A DNA stretch of 64,000 nucleotides from Reclinomonas americana ATCC 50394 (GCA_048213135.1 PS015009.1:744001-808000); one strand, 5' to 3'; counted from the stretch's first letter, positions 29,113 through 39,811 are shown. Notes: generated by a model not told the origin, from the letters alone. A program made the numbers and translations.

Positions 29113-31197
29113 ATGAAAAAAATATTGATAGCAGCGCTGGGTGTATTTTGTTTACAACAGGGCTTTGCACAAACCAAAATAGACAGGTCCAAAAAACCTG
29201 TCGCCGGACCGGCCCCGGTGATCACCATCAAGGACCCGGCCATCTTCAACCTGCCCAATGGTATGACCGTACTGGTGGTTGAAAATCATAAGTTCCCTAA
29301 AGTAAGGGCATCGCTCACCATCGACGCGGGCCCGATCTACGAAGGTAAAAAAGCCGGTGTACTGGATATGATGGGACAGATGCTGGGCGAAGGCACCACT
29401 TCCATGACCAAGGATAAATTTGATGAGGCAGTGGATGCGATCGGCGCCGATGTAAACCTGAGCGCTTCCGGAGGCTCCGCGTCTGCACTTACCCGTTATT
29501 TTGAAAAAGCATTTATGCTGATGTCCGACGCGCTGCGCAACCCTTCTTTCCCGCAGGCTTCATTCGACAAGATCAAAACACAAACCCTTACCAGTTTGAA
29601 AAGCAGCGAGAAAAGCGCTTCCGCTATTTCCGCACGCGTGAATACGGCACTCAATTATGGTAAAGAAACCGCACAGGGCGAATTCACTACAGAAGAAAGT
29701 GTGAAAGCCCTGGTACTGGCCGATGTACAAACTGCCTACAAAGACTACATTACCCCATCACGTTCTTACCTCACTATCGTAGGCGACATCACCCCCGATG
29801 CGGCCAAAGCGCTGGTGACAAAAGCACTCGGCAGCTGGACAGGCAAACAACTGACGCTGGCTCCTGTTGGCAGTGTTAAGAACCCCGACAAAACTGAGAT
29901 CGATTTCGTGGACCTGCCTACTGCTGTACAGGGCGAACTGAATATGGGCAACGTGGTGAACAACCCCATGAATGGTACGGATTATTTCCCGCTGTTGCTG
30001 GCCAACCAGATACTGGGTGGCGGCGCCGACAGTAAACTGTTCATGAACCTCCGCGAAAAACACGGCTTTACCTACGGAAGCTACTCATCTATTGGCAGCG
30101 GCCGCTTCCAAAGCCTGTTCAGGGCGTCTGCAGCGGTTCGTACCGATAAGGTGGACAGTGCCATTAACGAAATCGCTCACGAGATCATTAATATGAGGGA
30201 CGGCAACATCACTCCAGAAGAACTCAATACCGCCAAAGCCATCTACAACGGTTCATTCGCCCTGCGCATGGAGAACCCGGCGGTAACGGCGAGCTATGCT
30301 TCCAACATCCTCATTAATAACCTGCCCAAGGATTTCTATTCTACTTACCTGCAAAAGATCAACGCGGTTACCATCGACGATATCAAAAGAGTAGCGAAGA
30401 ACTACTTCAATGAAACCAATTCCCGTATCGTAATCGTGGGCAACGGTGATAAGATACTGCCTAACCTGGCCAAGCTCGGTTTCCCGATCAAGAAATACGA
30501 CAAGTTCGCTAATCCTGTAGTGGATAAGCCTAAAGATGTGAATGTGAATGAAACTGTAAAAACAAGCGATGCCATTTCGGCTTACGATGTTGTAGAGAAT
30601 TATCTTAAAGCGATGGGCGGTAAAGATGAGGTTAAAAAAGTGAATACCATTCTTACCAATATGACCATGGCCATTGGCGGCAGGGATTTTGCCGGCATCA
30701 ATAAAGCGATGAACCCCAGCAAGAGCGTAACGGAGATGAAGATGGGGCCTATGACCGTATACAAATCTTCTTTCAATGGCGTTACCGGTTACACATCGCA
30801 AATGGGTCCGAAAAAAGATATGACGCCCGACGAGATCAAGGAAGCGCTGGATGAGAGAGGGGTGATCAACCAATTGCACTACAACAGCGCTGATTTCAAA
30901 ACCGACTACCTGGGCACCGGTAAAGCCGGCAGCGAAGATTGCTATAAAATAAAAGTGGTGAAACCCAGCGGTAAGGTTGCTGTGGAATTCTACGCCATCA
31001 AAAGCGGCCTCCTGCTGAAAGAAGAAAGCATCAACAAAGAAGGTCAGTCGTCTACTGTTGAGTACAATGATTACAGGAAGGTAGGCAACTACATGTTCCC
31101 TTTCGAAATCATCCGTACTTCAGACGACCAGAGCTTTACCATGAAGATCAAAGAGATCAAAATAAATGAAGGGGTTACGGAAGATGATTTCAAATAA
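29113..31197 (+). CDS. M16 peptidase partner subunit lacking HxxEH, with extra C-terminal domain
   Basis: LPNGMTVLVVENH, LREKHGFTYG; ~220-aa C-terminal extension starting VVENYLKAMGG. Confidence 0.88.
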   Translation: MKKILIAALGVFCLQQGFAQTKIDRSKKPVAGPAPVITIKDPAIFNLPNGMTVLVVENHKFPKVRASLTIDAGPIYEGKKAGVLDMMGQMLGEGTTSMTKDKFDEAVDAIGADVNLSASGGSASALTRYFEKAFMLMSDALRNPSFPQASFDKIKTQTLTSLKSSEKSASAISARVNTALNYGKETAQGEFTTEESVKALVLADVQTAYKDYITPSRSYLTIVGDITPDAAKALVTKALGSWTGKQLTLAPVGSVKNPDKTEIDFVDLPTAVQGELNMGNVVNNPMNGTDYFPLLLANQILGGGADSKLFMNLREKHGFTYGSYSSIGSGRFQSLFRASAAVRTDKVDSAINEIAHEIINMRDGNITPEELNTAKAIYNGSFALRMENPAVTASYASNILINNLPKDFYSTYLQKINAVTIDDIKRVAKNYFNETNSRIVIVGNGDKILPNLAKLGFPIKKYDKFANPVVDKPKDVNVNETVKTSDAISAYDVVENYLKAMGGKDEVKKVNTILTNMTMAIGGRDFAGINKAMNPSKSVTEMKMGPMTVYKSSFNGVTGYTSQMGPKKDMTPDEIKEALDERGVINQLHYNSADFKTDYLGTGKAGSEDCYKIKVVKPSGKVAVEFYAIKSGLLLKEESINKEGQSSTVEYNDYRKVGNYMFPFEIIRTSDDQSFTMKIKEIKINEGVTEDDFK

Positions 31198-31212
31198 CTC
31201 TTTTACAACTAT

Positions 31213-31245
31213 AAAAAAAGCCCGGTCAGTTGGCCGGGCTTTTTT
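31213..31245 (+). terminator. Intrinsic terminator
   Basis: AAAAAAGCCCGGTCA-GT-TGGCCGGGCTTTTTT. Confidence 0.85.
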
Positions 31246-31263
31246 ATGCCTTAATTTTGCGGG

Positions 31264-32223
31264 ATGAAGTTTTTTTATCCTCTTTTGTTCATGATCCTTG
31301 CAGTGGCGTTATGTGCCTTTGCATTAGGAGAGCAACAACCGCCCCCGGCCTATACCAGGGCGGCACTCGGAAAAAAACTGTTCAACGATAAAATACTATC
31401 CCTTGATTCTTCCATAAGTTGCGCCAGTTGCCATAAACCCGGTTTCGCTTTCGCCGACACGGCTGCTTTCAGCAAAGGCATCGGCGGTAAGCTTACTTCA
31501 AGAAATGTGCCTTCGGTACTGAACATGAAAAACCGGCCTTACTATTTCTGGGACGGGCGTGCGGCTTCGCTGGACATACAATCGCTGATGCCGATCGAGA
31601 ATCCCGATGAGATGGGACTGCCTGTTGCCGAAGCGGTACAACGCCTGAATCAATCGAAGGTATACCGGCAGCTTTTTTTGCAGGTGTTCAGGCAAACACC
31701 TAACCGCGACAACCTTGCCGCGGCGCTTTCCGCCTATGAACGTACGCTGGAAACCGTTGACAGCCGTTTCGACGACTGGAGCAATGGCCTGGGCAAATTA
31801 ACCGCATCCGAAGAAAGAGGGCGGCAGCTTTTCATCGGCTCCAAAGCCAAATGTTTTGATTGTCATGCACAGGAAGATTTTACTACGGATGAGTTTCGCA
31901 ATATCGGCCTGTACGATGACTGGAAACTCACCGACGCGGGCCTGTTCAATATAACCGGTAAAGAAGAAGACAAAGGGAAATTCAAAATACCCGGTCTCCG
32001 CAACGTGGCCGTTACCGCCCCTTATATGCACAACGGCATGTTCCGCACCCTGGAACAGGTGATCGATTATTACAATGACCCCTCGGCTTTTGTAATGGAC
32101 CCCATCAATATCGATCCGCTCCTGAAAAGACCACTTGGCCTTACCGACCGGGAAAAGAAGGACCTGGTGGCCTTTTTGAAGTCGCTTACAGATAAAAGGT
32201 ATCGGGTATCAGGTATAAAGTAG
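31264..32223 (+). CDS. Di-heme cytochrome c peroxidase/MauG-superfamily protein
   Basis: CASCH and CFDCH heme motifs, FWDGRA, LRNVAVTAPYMHNG. Confidence 0.92.
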   Translation: MKFFYPLLFMILAVALCAFALGEQQPPPAYTRAALGKKLFNDKILSLDSSISCASCHKPGFAFADTAAFSKGIGGKLTSRNVPSVLNMKNRPYYFWDGRAASLDIQSLMPIENPDEMGLPVAEAVQRLNQSKVYRQLFLQVFRQTPNRDNLAAALSAYERTLETVDSRFDDWSNGLGKLTASEERGRQLFIGSKAKCFDCHAQEDFTTDEFRNIGLYDDWKLTDAGLFNITGKEEDKGKFKIPGLRNVAVTAPYMHNGMFRTLEQVIDYYNDPSAFVMDPINIDPLLKRPLGLTDREKKDLVAFLKSLTDKRYRVSGIK

Positions 32224-32265
32224 CAAGATAGAACCATTCTCGTCTTGCTACTTTATACCTGATAC
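32206..32265. repeat. Perfect 23-bp inverted repeat overlapping the peroxidase stop codon
   Basis: GTATCAGGTATAAAGTAGCAAGA (32206-32228) / TCTTGCTACTTTATACCTGATAC (32243-32265). Confidence 0.85.
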
Positions 32266-32358
32266 TCACTACTATTCATCGGTTTAACAAAAAATTAGGC
32301 ACTATATTCGCTACAGAAAAAATGAATTAATTTTATTTGCCACTAAACCTTATTAAAA

Positions 32359-33057
32359 ATGGAAGCAGCAAAACCTAAGATTTTACTTTGTGAAGATGAT
32401 AATAACCTTGGACTGGTACTGAAGAATTACCTGGAACTGAATGATTATGATGTAACCCTGGAACGGGATGGCCGCCTGGGACTGGCTGCTTTTCAGCGTG
32501 AACGTTTCGACATCTGCCTGCTTGACGTAATGATGCCCAACATGGATGGTTTTACCCTGGCAGAAGAGATCCGCGACGTGAACCCCGATGTTCCCCTTTT
32601 CTTCCTCAGCGCGAAAACGATGAAGGACGACATTATCCAGGGCTACAAACTGGGTGCCGATGATTATATCACCAAACCTTTCGACAGTGAAGTACTGCTG
32701 CACAAAATAAAAGCCATTCTCAAACGCAACGAAGAAATGCACCGTGAAGAAGTAAACGCGGAATTCGACCTGGGCAAATACCATTTCAATCCCCGCCTGC
32801 GTGAATTGAGCATTAACGGTAAAGTACAGACGCTGTCGCCCAAGGAAAATGAATTGCTCAAAATGCTGAGCGAATACAAGAATGACCTGCTGAGCCGTGA
32901 AGTGGCTTTGAAGAAGATATGGGGCAGCGACACTTATTTCAATGGCCGCAGTATGGACGTTTATATCGCCAAACTCCGCAAATACCTGAAAGAAGACCCG
33001 TCTATCGAGATCGTGAATATTCACGGCAACGGGTTCAGGCTGGTGGTTTCTGATTAA
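32359..33057 (+). CDS. OmpR-family response regulator (RprY-like), no adjacent kinase
   Basis: LLDVMMP, GADDYITKPF, YFNGRSMDVYIAKLRK, HGNGFRL. Confidence 0.93.
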   Translation: MEAAKPKILLCEDDNNLGLVLKNYLELNDYDVTLERDGRLGLAAFQRERFDICLLDVMMPNMDGFTLAEEIRDVNPDVPLFFLSAKTMKDDIIQGYKLGADDYITKPFDSEVLLHKIKAILKRNEEMHREEVNAEFDLGKYHFNPRLRELSINGKVQTLSPKENELLKMLSEYKNDLLSREVALKKIWGSDTYFNGRSMDVYIAKLRKYLKEDPSIEIVNIHGNGFRLVVSD

Positions 33058-33079
33058 GGCTAAGATTACACATGAATAC

Positions 33080-33109
33080 AGGGTCGTCTTTTGAAGACGG
33101 CCCTTTTTT
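33080..33109 (+). terminator. Intrinsic terminator
   Basis: AGGGTCGTCTT-TTG-AAGACGGCCCTTTTTT. Confidence 0.8.
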
Positions 33110-33137
33110 ATTTCAACAACCGAATGATTGGTAATGC

Positions 33138-34172
33138 TTAACTGAAAAGCAGGTTGTCGGTTCCTCCTCCCGTAAACTTCTTCCCCAGGTGCTCATAAGC
33201 CCTCGCCGTGGCTTCCCTTCCCCTTGCTGTACGCTGAATAAAACCTTCCTGTATCAGGAAAGGTTCATACACTTCCTCAAGTGTGCCGGGCTCTTCCCCT
33301 ACAGCCGTAGCGATGGTGGTAATACCCACCGGTCCGCCTTTGAATTTTTCGATGATCGTGCTGAGGATACGGTTGTCCATTTCATCCAGCCCGTGCTTAT
33401 CTACATTCAGCGCTTTCAGTGCATGCTCCGTAATGGCGAGGTCAATAACACCATTGGACAACACCTGTGCAAAATCCCGTACGCGGCGCAGGAGTCCGTT
33501 GGCGATACGGGGCGTACCGCGGCTGCGGCGGGCTATTTCATCGGCGGCATCACCGGTAATACGTGTTCCCAGTATCTTGGCTGAACGCAGAATGATATTC
33601 CGCAATGTATTACCGTCATAATATTCCAGTCGGGATTTGATGCCGAAACGGCTGAGCAGCGGTGCTGTAAGCAGGCCACTCCTGGTGGTGGCGCCAATCA
33701 GGGTAAAAGGATTCAGGTTCAGCTGGATGCTGCGGGCATTGGGACCACTGTCGATCATAATGTCGATGCGGTAGTCTTCCATCGCAGCATACAGGTATTC
33801 CTCCACTACGGTGCTCAGGCGGTGTATTTCATCAATGAATAACACATCATTAGGTTCCAGGCTGGTGAGCAGCCCCGCCAGGTCGCCGGGTTTTTCAATC
33901 ACCGGGCCGCTGGTTTCTTTGATATTCACGCCCAGTTCATTGGCTACAATACGGCTTAACGTTGTTTTGCCCAGTCCCGGTGGTCCGTGAAAAAGGATGT
34001 GGTCCAGCGCCTCGCCCCTTTGCCTGGCCGCTTTTATGAAAATGCTGATGTTCTCTATGAGTTGCGGCTGGCCAGAAAAGTCGCTGATGGCCGACGGGCG
34101 GATGCTGTTCTCAAAGACGGCGTCTGCGGCGCTCATTCCACTCGATTCCTTATTTAAATTGGGATTGGCCAT
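33138..34172 (-). CDS. ruvB: Holliday junction branch-migration helicase
   Basis: [46 protein letters not shown]. Confidence 0.97.
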   Translation of the reverse strand: MANPNLNKESSGMSAADAVFENSIRPSAISDFSGQPQLIENISIFIKAARQRGEALDHILFHGPPGLGKTTLSRIVANELGVNIKETSGPVIEKPGDLAGLLTSLEPNDVLFIDEIHRLSTVVEEYLYAAMEDYRIDIMIDSGPNARSIQLNLNPFTLIGATTRSGLLTAPLLSRFGIKSRLEYYDGNTLRNIILRSAKILGTRITGDAADEIARRSRGTPRIANGLLRRVRDFAQVLSNGVIDLAITEHALKALNVDKHGLDEMDNRILSTIIEKFKGGPVGITTIATAVGEEPGTLEEVYEPFLIQEGFIQRTARGREATARAYEHLGKKFTGGGTDNLLFS

Positions 34173-34296
34173 AGCGTAAAATTAGCTGATTTTCGGCTGC
34201 CCGCCCTGCCTTTTGGGCCAGACCTCTTAAACAGGGATATCGCCATTAGTCAAAACAAGCTGTTTTTTCACTACTTTGGGGAGTAGTTTTGTCGTT

Positions 34297-35526
34297 ATGC
34301 AGAAAACAAATATAAGGTATTGGTTATGCCAGGTGGGCGGATGGGGCTTGTGGGGGCTGATCTTTATCTATTTCTACGTCTTTATTTTCGGCGACCGTTT
34401 CCTGGAACAGGGCGGTAAAAAAGAATACCTCATCAGCCTGGGCATTTACCTGGTTTGCGGTATCCTGTGTACCCACCTGCTGCGTACCATTATCAAAAGA
34501 ACCAACTGGCTGAAATATTCTTTCAACACCGTACTGGCACTGTCCATTGTAGGCGTAGGCGCCATCAGCATCCTGATGTATTACGGTGGTAACGCCATTG
34601 AACACAATACACCTTATTCCTACGATAATTTCATGAACGCCAAAAGGCTCGACAAAGCCCGCAGGATGGAACAGGAAGCCAAACTGGATACCAGCAACTA
34701 TTTCCAGAAAGTAGGTACCGCTGCCATTGACACACTGACCATGAAAACGGTGAACAAGATCAAGAACAGTACCGGCTGGCACCGTAATAAAAAAGGCGAA
34801 TGGAAATACGAGATCAAATCCGACCTCTACCTCATTTACCAGAACTTCCTGGTGATCGCGTTATGGATGCTGATCTACCTGGTGTTCCATTATGTGCAGC
34901 GCAACCGTAATGACCAGCTCGACAGGCTTAAACTGGTGAACACCGTTAAAGAGCTTGAGCTCAAAACCATCAAATCACACATCAACCCGCATTTTATTTT
35001 CAATTCCCTCAACAGCATCAGGGCATTGGTAGATGAGAACCCAACCCGGGCAAGGCGGGCTATTACGGAACTGAGCAACATCCTCCGCAGCAGCATGCAG
35101 GCAGAGAAAGCGGAAACCGTAACACTGGAGAAAGAACTTGATATCGTAAAGGATTACCTGGCACTGGAACACATGCGTTTTGAAGAAAGGCTGCGTGTGG
35201 AGTTTGATATTGATCCAGATACGCTGCAACATCCGGTTCCGCCGATGATGCTGCAGACACTGGTGGAGAACGCCATCAAACACGGCATCAGCAAACAGAT
35301 CAATGGTGGCCTGGTAAGGGTAGTATCGGAGATCAGGGGCGGGAAACTGGAACTGCTGGTACAGAATACCGGGCAACTGGTCGGGGAACTGAATGAAGAC
35401 GGGTTTGGCATTAAAAGCACGCAGGACCGCCTGAACCTGATGTACCAGGGCAAAGCGGCATTTAATATACAGAATTCGGGTGCCGATATGGTAGAGTCGA
35501 AAGTTACCATGCCGGTGATTGCCTGA
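34297..35526 (+). CDS. LytS-family sensor histidine kinase
   Basis: TM region, HINPHFIFNSLNSIRAL, VENAIKHG, GFGI. Confidence 0.92.
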   Translation: MQKTNIRYWLCQVGGWGLWGLIFIYFYVFIFGDRFLEQGGKKEYLISLGIYLVCGILCTHLLRTIIKRTNWLKYSFNTVLALSIVGVGAISILMYYGGNAIEHNTPYSYDNFMNAKRLDKARRMEQEAKLDTSNYFQKVGTAAIDTLTMKTVNKIKNSTGWHRNKKGEWKYEIKSDLYLIYQNFLVIALWMLIYLVFHYVQRNRNDQLDRLKLVNTVKELELKTIKSHINPHFIFNSLNSIRALVDENPTRARRAITELSNILRSSMQAEKAETVTLEKELDIVKDYLALEHMRFEERLRVEFDIDPDTLQHPVPPMMLQTLVENAIKHGISKQINGGLVRVVSEIRGGKLELLVQNTGQLVGELNEDGFGIKSTQDRLNLMYQGKAAFNIQNSGADMVESKVTMPVIA

Positions 35527-35552
35527 TTTAATCAAAGAAAACACAAGCACAT

Positions 35553-36284
35553 ATGCAGAAGGTTGTAATTATCGATGATGAAAGACTGGCCCGCAATGAA
35601 TTGAAAAAATTATTACTCGAATTTCCCGAAGTGGAAGTGATTGGCGAGGCCGCCAATGCAGCCGAGGGTTTGGAAAAGATCGAAAGCCTTTCTCCTGACC
35701 TCGTTTTCCTGGATATACAAATGCCCGGCAAAACCGGTTTTGATATGCTGGCTGAACTGGACAGTGCCCCGCACGTGATCTTCACCACTGCCTATGATGA
35801 GTACGCCCTGAAGGCATTCGAAGTGAACGCGCTGGACTACCTGATGAAACCTGTTGAACCTAAACGCCTGGCCGACGCCCTGCAAAAACTGCAGCTGGCG
35901 GAAGAAAAGGAAATAGCGGCATCCATGGCCGGCATCAACCGCGGCATCCTCACCGAAAGCGACCAGGTGTTTGTAAAAGATGGTGAGCGCTGCTGGTTTG
36001 TAAAACTCTCGGACGTACGTTTGTTTGAAAGCGTTGGCAATTATGCCAAAGTGTTTTTCGGCACATACAAACCCCTTATCCTGAAATCGCTTAATGCACT
36101 GGAAGAGCGGCTCGATGAAAAAGTATTCTTCAGGGCCAACCGTAAACACATCGTTAACCTGCGCATGATTGAGAAGATCGAACCTTACTTCAATGGCGGG
36201 CTGTTGCTGGAACTGCACGGTGGCGAGAAAGTGGAAGTGAGCCGCAGGCAGGCCGTTAAGTTCAAGGAAATGATGAGTCTTTAA
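35553..36284 (+). CDS. LytTR-family response regulator
   Basis: IIDDERLAR, FLDIQMP, FFRANRKHIVN, VEVSRR. Confidence 0.94.
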   Translation: MQKVVIIDDERLARNELKKLLLEFPEVEVIGEAANAAEGLEKIESLSPDLVFLDIQMPGKTGFDMLAELDSAPHVIFTTAYDEYALKAFEVNALDYLMKPVEPKRLADALQKLQLAEEKEIAASMAGINRGILTESDQVFVKDGERCWFVKLSDVRLFESVGNYAKVFFGTYKPLILKSLNALEERLDEKVFFRANRKHIVNLRMIEKIEPYFNGGLLLELHGGEKVEVSRRQAVKFKEMMSL

Positions 36285-36316
36285 CCTCACACCATATTTC
36301 ATAATCAACATCAATA

Positions 36317-37597
36317 ATGAAAAAAATCGCAATGCTGGCAGCGGCAGGTCTCGTATGCCTGTCCTCTTTTGCCCAGGACATCAACAAACTGATCGGCGCC
36401 GCGGAAGTGGAAAGGATCGAAAGAACCCTGTCTGCCGACGATATGCAGGGCCGCAAACCCTTTACACCGGGTATTGAAAAAGCGGCTGACTTCATCGCAG
36501 GCGAATTCCAAAAGAATGGGCTGACCTATTTCAAAGGACTCAGTTCTTACCGCCAGGAATTCAGCATGGTAAGAAGTAAGTTCATTTCCGCTACAGGCAC
36601 CATCGACGGGCAACCTGCCGACGCTAAGAACATCATCGCCTTTACCACTACTGCAGATATCAGCGTTTCCGATAAATCAGGATATAGCAAAGTATTCATT
36701 GCCGCCGGCGCCAACTTTACCGGCGAGGCATTCAAATACATCCAGGGTGATAAAAACACCATCGTTATTGTTGACACCAGTCACAGTAAAAATTTCGGCA
36801 GGCTTACCCGTTTTAAAAGGGAAAGTTTTAAAAGTGACCGCAATGTTGTTTTCGTATTGTCAGCCACCGATCCAAAGACCTATGACCTGCAGATCAAACA
36901 TGAACTTACCGAAAGCAAACTCTTCAACGTGGTGGGTGTGATCCCCGGCAAAAGCAAACCCAACGAATACGTGATATTCTCCGGCCACTATGATCACCTC
37001 GGCATTGGCAAACCCAATGCAGCGGGCGATTCCATTTACAACGGCGCTAATGACGACGCGGCAGGAACTACAGCCGTGATCATGTTGTCGAAATATTTCA
37101 GCCAGCTGAAGAACAATGAACGCACCATCATTTTTGTAGCTTTTACCGCGGAAGAAAGCGGTGGCTATGGCTCCCGTTATTTCAGCAAACAAATGAACCC
37201 CGATGAAGTGACGGCCATGTTCAATATCGAAATGATAGGTACGGAAAGCAAATGGGGCACCAACAGCGCCTATATTACGGGCTACGAAAAATCGGATATG
37301 GGTAAGATATTGCAGTCCAACCTCACCAATTCCAAGTTCAAATTCGAACCGGATCCTTACCCCGACCAGAAACTCTTTTACCGCAGCGATAACGCCACAC
37401 TCGCCGCCCTGGGTGTTCCGGCACATACCATTTCCACTTCCAAAATGGACAGTGAAAAATTCTATCATTCACAGGAAGACGAGATTGAAACACTGGATAT
37501 GAACAATATGGCCGAGATCATTAAAGCCATTGCCATCAGCAGCCGCAGCATTGTCAGCGGAAAGGATACACCTTCCCGTGTAGCGAAGGAACCGTGA
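36317..37597 (+). CDS. M28-family aminopeptidase
   Basis: Signal peptide, GHYDH, GANDDAAG, AEESG, NIEMIG, RSDN, YH. Confidence 0.92.
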   Translation: MKKIAMLAAAGLVCLSSFAQDINKLIGAAEVERIERTLSADDMQGRKPFTPGIEKAADFIAGEFQKNGLTYFKGLSSYRQEFSMVRSKFISATGTIDGQPADAKNIIAFTTTADISVSDKSGYSKVFIAAGANFTGEAFKYIQGDKNTIVIVDTSHSKNFGRLTRFKRESFKSDRNVVFVLSATDPKTYDLQIKHELTESKLFNVVGVIPGKSKPNEYVIFSGHYDHLGIGKPNAAGDSIYNGANDDAAGTTAVIMLSKYFSQLKNNERTIIFVAFTAEESGGYGSRYFSKQMNPDEVTAMFNIEMIGTESKWGTNSAYITGYEKSDMGKILQSNLTNSKFKFEPDPYPDQKLFYRSDNATLAALGVPAHTISTSKMDSEKFYHSQEDEIETLDMNNMAEIIKAIAISSRSIVSGKDTPSRVAKEP

Positions 37598-37626
37598 TGA
37601 TGTATAATTAAAAAAAAGAAAATTTG

Positions 37627-37665
37627 AAAATGGACTTCTCATTCCCGGGAAGTCCATTTTTATTT
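37627..37665 (+). terminator. Intrinsic terminator (possibly bidirectional)
   Basis: AAAATGGACTTC...GAAGTCCATTTT followed by T-rich sequence. Confidence 0.7.
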
Positions 37666-37722
37666 CCTCTTTACGATTAGAGAAGCTCTTGCAATATGCA
37701 GAATCAGTCTGATATATAGTTG

Positions 37723-37763
37723 TATTAAAGAAGCCAACCTTATTGCGGTTGGCTTCTTTAATA
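37723..37763 (-). terminator. Perfect 17-bp hairpin downstream of GGGP synthase
   Basis: TATTAAAGAAGCCAACC-N7-GGTTGGCTTCTTTAATA. Confidence 0.6.
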
Positions 37764-37788
37764 ATATCAAAACAGGTTGTCGTAAAAA

Positions 37789-38547
37789 TCAAATCGCTTT
37801 CACCGGCACACTGTGCACCGCCGCGGCCATCTCGCGGATGAGGGAAGCGTCTTTTTCAATGGCATTGCCCACCACGATCACATCGGCGCCGGCTTTACAA
37901 TTGAGGTACGCTTTTTCAGGTTCCGTGATACCGCCACCAATAATAAGGGGCACTTGTATGCAGCCCGCCACTTTAGCGATCATATCTTCGGAAATAGCCC
38001 TGCGGGCACCGCTTCCGGCATCCATGTAGATGAGTTTCATGCCCAGCATTTCACCGGCCATGGCCGTACACATGGCAATCTCATTTTTATCGGCAGGAAC
38101 AGGCGTGGCGTTAGAGATATAGGAAACGGTGGTAGGGGCCCCGCCATCTATCACCATATAACCGGTAGGCATCACTTCCAGCCCGCTTTGTCTTACCACA
38201 GGAGCACTTACCACATGCTGACCAATAAGCAGGTCGGCATTGCGGCCGCTGATGAGGGAGAGGTACAAAAGCGCATCGGCATAACGGCTGATCTGTGAAG
38301 GGCTTCCGGGGAAGAGGATCACCGGTATATCGCAGTTACGTTTGATGAGCTGTACGCATTCATCCAGGTAATTGGAAATCACCAGGCTGCCGCCCACCAG
38401 CAGGTAATCCACCCGGGCATCCACGCAGCGTTCTACCAGCAGTTCCATATTCTCGTCATTCACCTTATCAGGGTCAATAAGTACCGCAAAGGATTTCCTG
38501 CCCTGCTGCTTCCGTTCTGTAAGTGAATGATATATACCTTTCGTCAT
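37789..38547 (-). CDS. Geranylgeranylglyceryl/heptaprenylglyceryl phosphate synthase family
   Basis: LIDPDK, LVGGS, PVILFPGS, SLISGRN, IYMDAGSGA, IIGGGI, VVGN. Confidence 0.92.
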   Translation of the reverse strand: MTKGIYHSLTERKQQGRKSFAVLIDPDKVNDENMELLVERCVDARVDYLLVGGSLVISNYLDECVQLIKRNCDIPVILFPGSPSQISRYADALLYLSLISGRNADLLIGQHVVSAPVVRQSGLEVMPTGYMVIDGGAPTTVSYISNATPVPADKNEIAMCTAMAGEMLGMKLIYMDAGSGARRAISEDMIAKVAGCIQVPLIIGGGITEPEKAYLNCKAGADVIVVGNAIEKDASLIREMAAAVHSVPVKAI

Positions 38548-38666
38548 TTCCAATCGCTTAGGTTGGTGCAAAAATCAACAAAAAAACGTTCTTATAGAAA
38601 TAATAGACTTAAAATAAGCCCTTTGGGCTGCAATTTGACGCTAATTTTATGCCTAATTTTGACCAG

Positions 38667-39071
38667 ATGGCTGATTTTACTTACGAAATAAAATTCAAAA
38701 CGGCCCGCAGCGGGGGTAAGGGTGGTCAAAATGTCAACAAAGTGGAGACCATGGTGGAGGGTTATTGGGATATAGCCGCCTCAACCGAATTTTCCCGTGA
38801 GGAAAAAGAGCTCATTTTTGCCCGCCTGTCGGCAAAGATCAATGCCGATGGACTTTTACTTGTTAAAAGCCAGGAAGAGCGCTCCCAACTGGGCAATAAG
38901 CAGCTGGTAATCAAAAAGATGCTGGACCTGGTAGCAAAAGCCCTGGTGGTACAAAAAGCCCGTAAAGCCACCCGGCCTTCCAAAGCCGTGAAAGAAAAAA
39001 GGCTGGACCAGAAAAAAAGGGCATCTGCCGTTAAAGAAACCCGCAGGAAAATTGACCACCGTAACGACTGA
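38667..39071 (+). CDS. arfB: Alternative ribosome rescue factor B
   Basis: RSGGKGGQNVNKVET, RSQLGNK, basic tail RKATRPSK. Confidence 0.93.
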   Translation: MADFTYEIKFKTARSGGKGGQNVNKVETMVEGYWDIAASTEFSREEKELIFARLSAKINADGLLLVKSQEERSQLGNKQLVIKKMLDLVAKALVVQKARKATRPSKAVKEKRLDQKKRASAVKETRRKIDHRND

Positions 39072-39076
39072 TCCCC

Positions 39077-39811
39077 ATGTTACTGTCATTCCTCATATCA
39101 CTTTTATTCCCGGCCTCCGTTCAGCCACCGCCGGCACCCCCGGCTACCGGGCAGTTGAAGATCAGTTTTGTGAATAAAGTGAAAGACGAAAAAATGCAGC
39201 TGAACGAGGTTGCTTATACCAATCCTTACGGTGAGCAGTACACGATCAGGAAATTCAAATATTATATCAGTAATGTGTCCGTTCTTTCCGGCAATAAGGA
39301 AACAAAGGAAAAGAACAGCTATCACCTGGTGGATGAGAACAAATCCGCATCACTCAGTTTCAGCTTCCCGGTACAGGCCGGTAAATATGGAGTTGTTTCT
39401 TTTTTGCTGGGGGTAGACAGTCTCCGCAATGTGAGTGGTGCCCAGTCGGGGGCGCTTGACCCGCTTAACGATATGTTCTGGACATGGAACACCGGGTATG
39501 TAATGGCCAAACTGGAAGCCACATCTCCGCAATCCAACATATTTAATAAAAAAGTGGAATACCACATCGGCGGTTTTTCGGGAGCCGCCAACGTGGTGAA
39601 AAACATACGGCTTCAAATGGACACTGCATTCCAGGTGAAACCCGGTAAAACAACGGAGATCATCATAGAAGCCGATGCGGACAAATGGTGGTATCCTTAC
39701 CCGCTGCGCATCAAAGAAAATCCCAGTTGTACCGTAAGCGGCGAACTGGCCCGCCAGGTGGCCGGTAATTATGCCTCGATGTTTTCCATCAGACAAATCA
39801 TTACGCCTTGA
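39077..39811 (+). CDS. MbnP-family protein
   Basis: KYYISN, FLLGVDS, DMFWTWNTGY (WxW), YHIGGF; overlaps the downstream di-heme gene. Confidence 0.85.
   Translation: MLLSFLISLLFPASVQPPPAPPATGQLKISFVNKVKDEKMQLNEVAYTNPYGEQYTIRKFKYYISNVSVLSGNKETKEKNSYHLVDENKSASLSFSFPVQAGKYGVVSFLLGVDSLRNVSGAQSGALDPLNDMFWTWNTGYVMAKLEATSPQSNIFNKKVEYHIGGFSGAANVVKNIRLQMDTAFQVKPGKTTEIIIEADADKWWYPYPLRIKENPSCTVSGELARQVAGNYASMFSIRQIITP

Noticed and set aside
37598..37788. AT-rich gap with two strong hairpins as a possible sRNA or toxin-antitoxin locus
   Set aside because: Flanking genes converge, so two terminators explain it; no promoter or credible ORF found.
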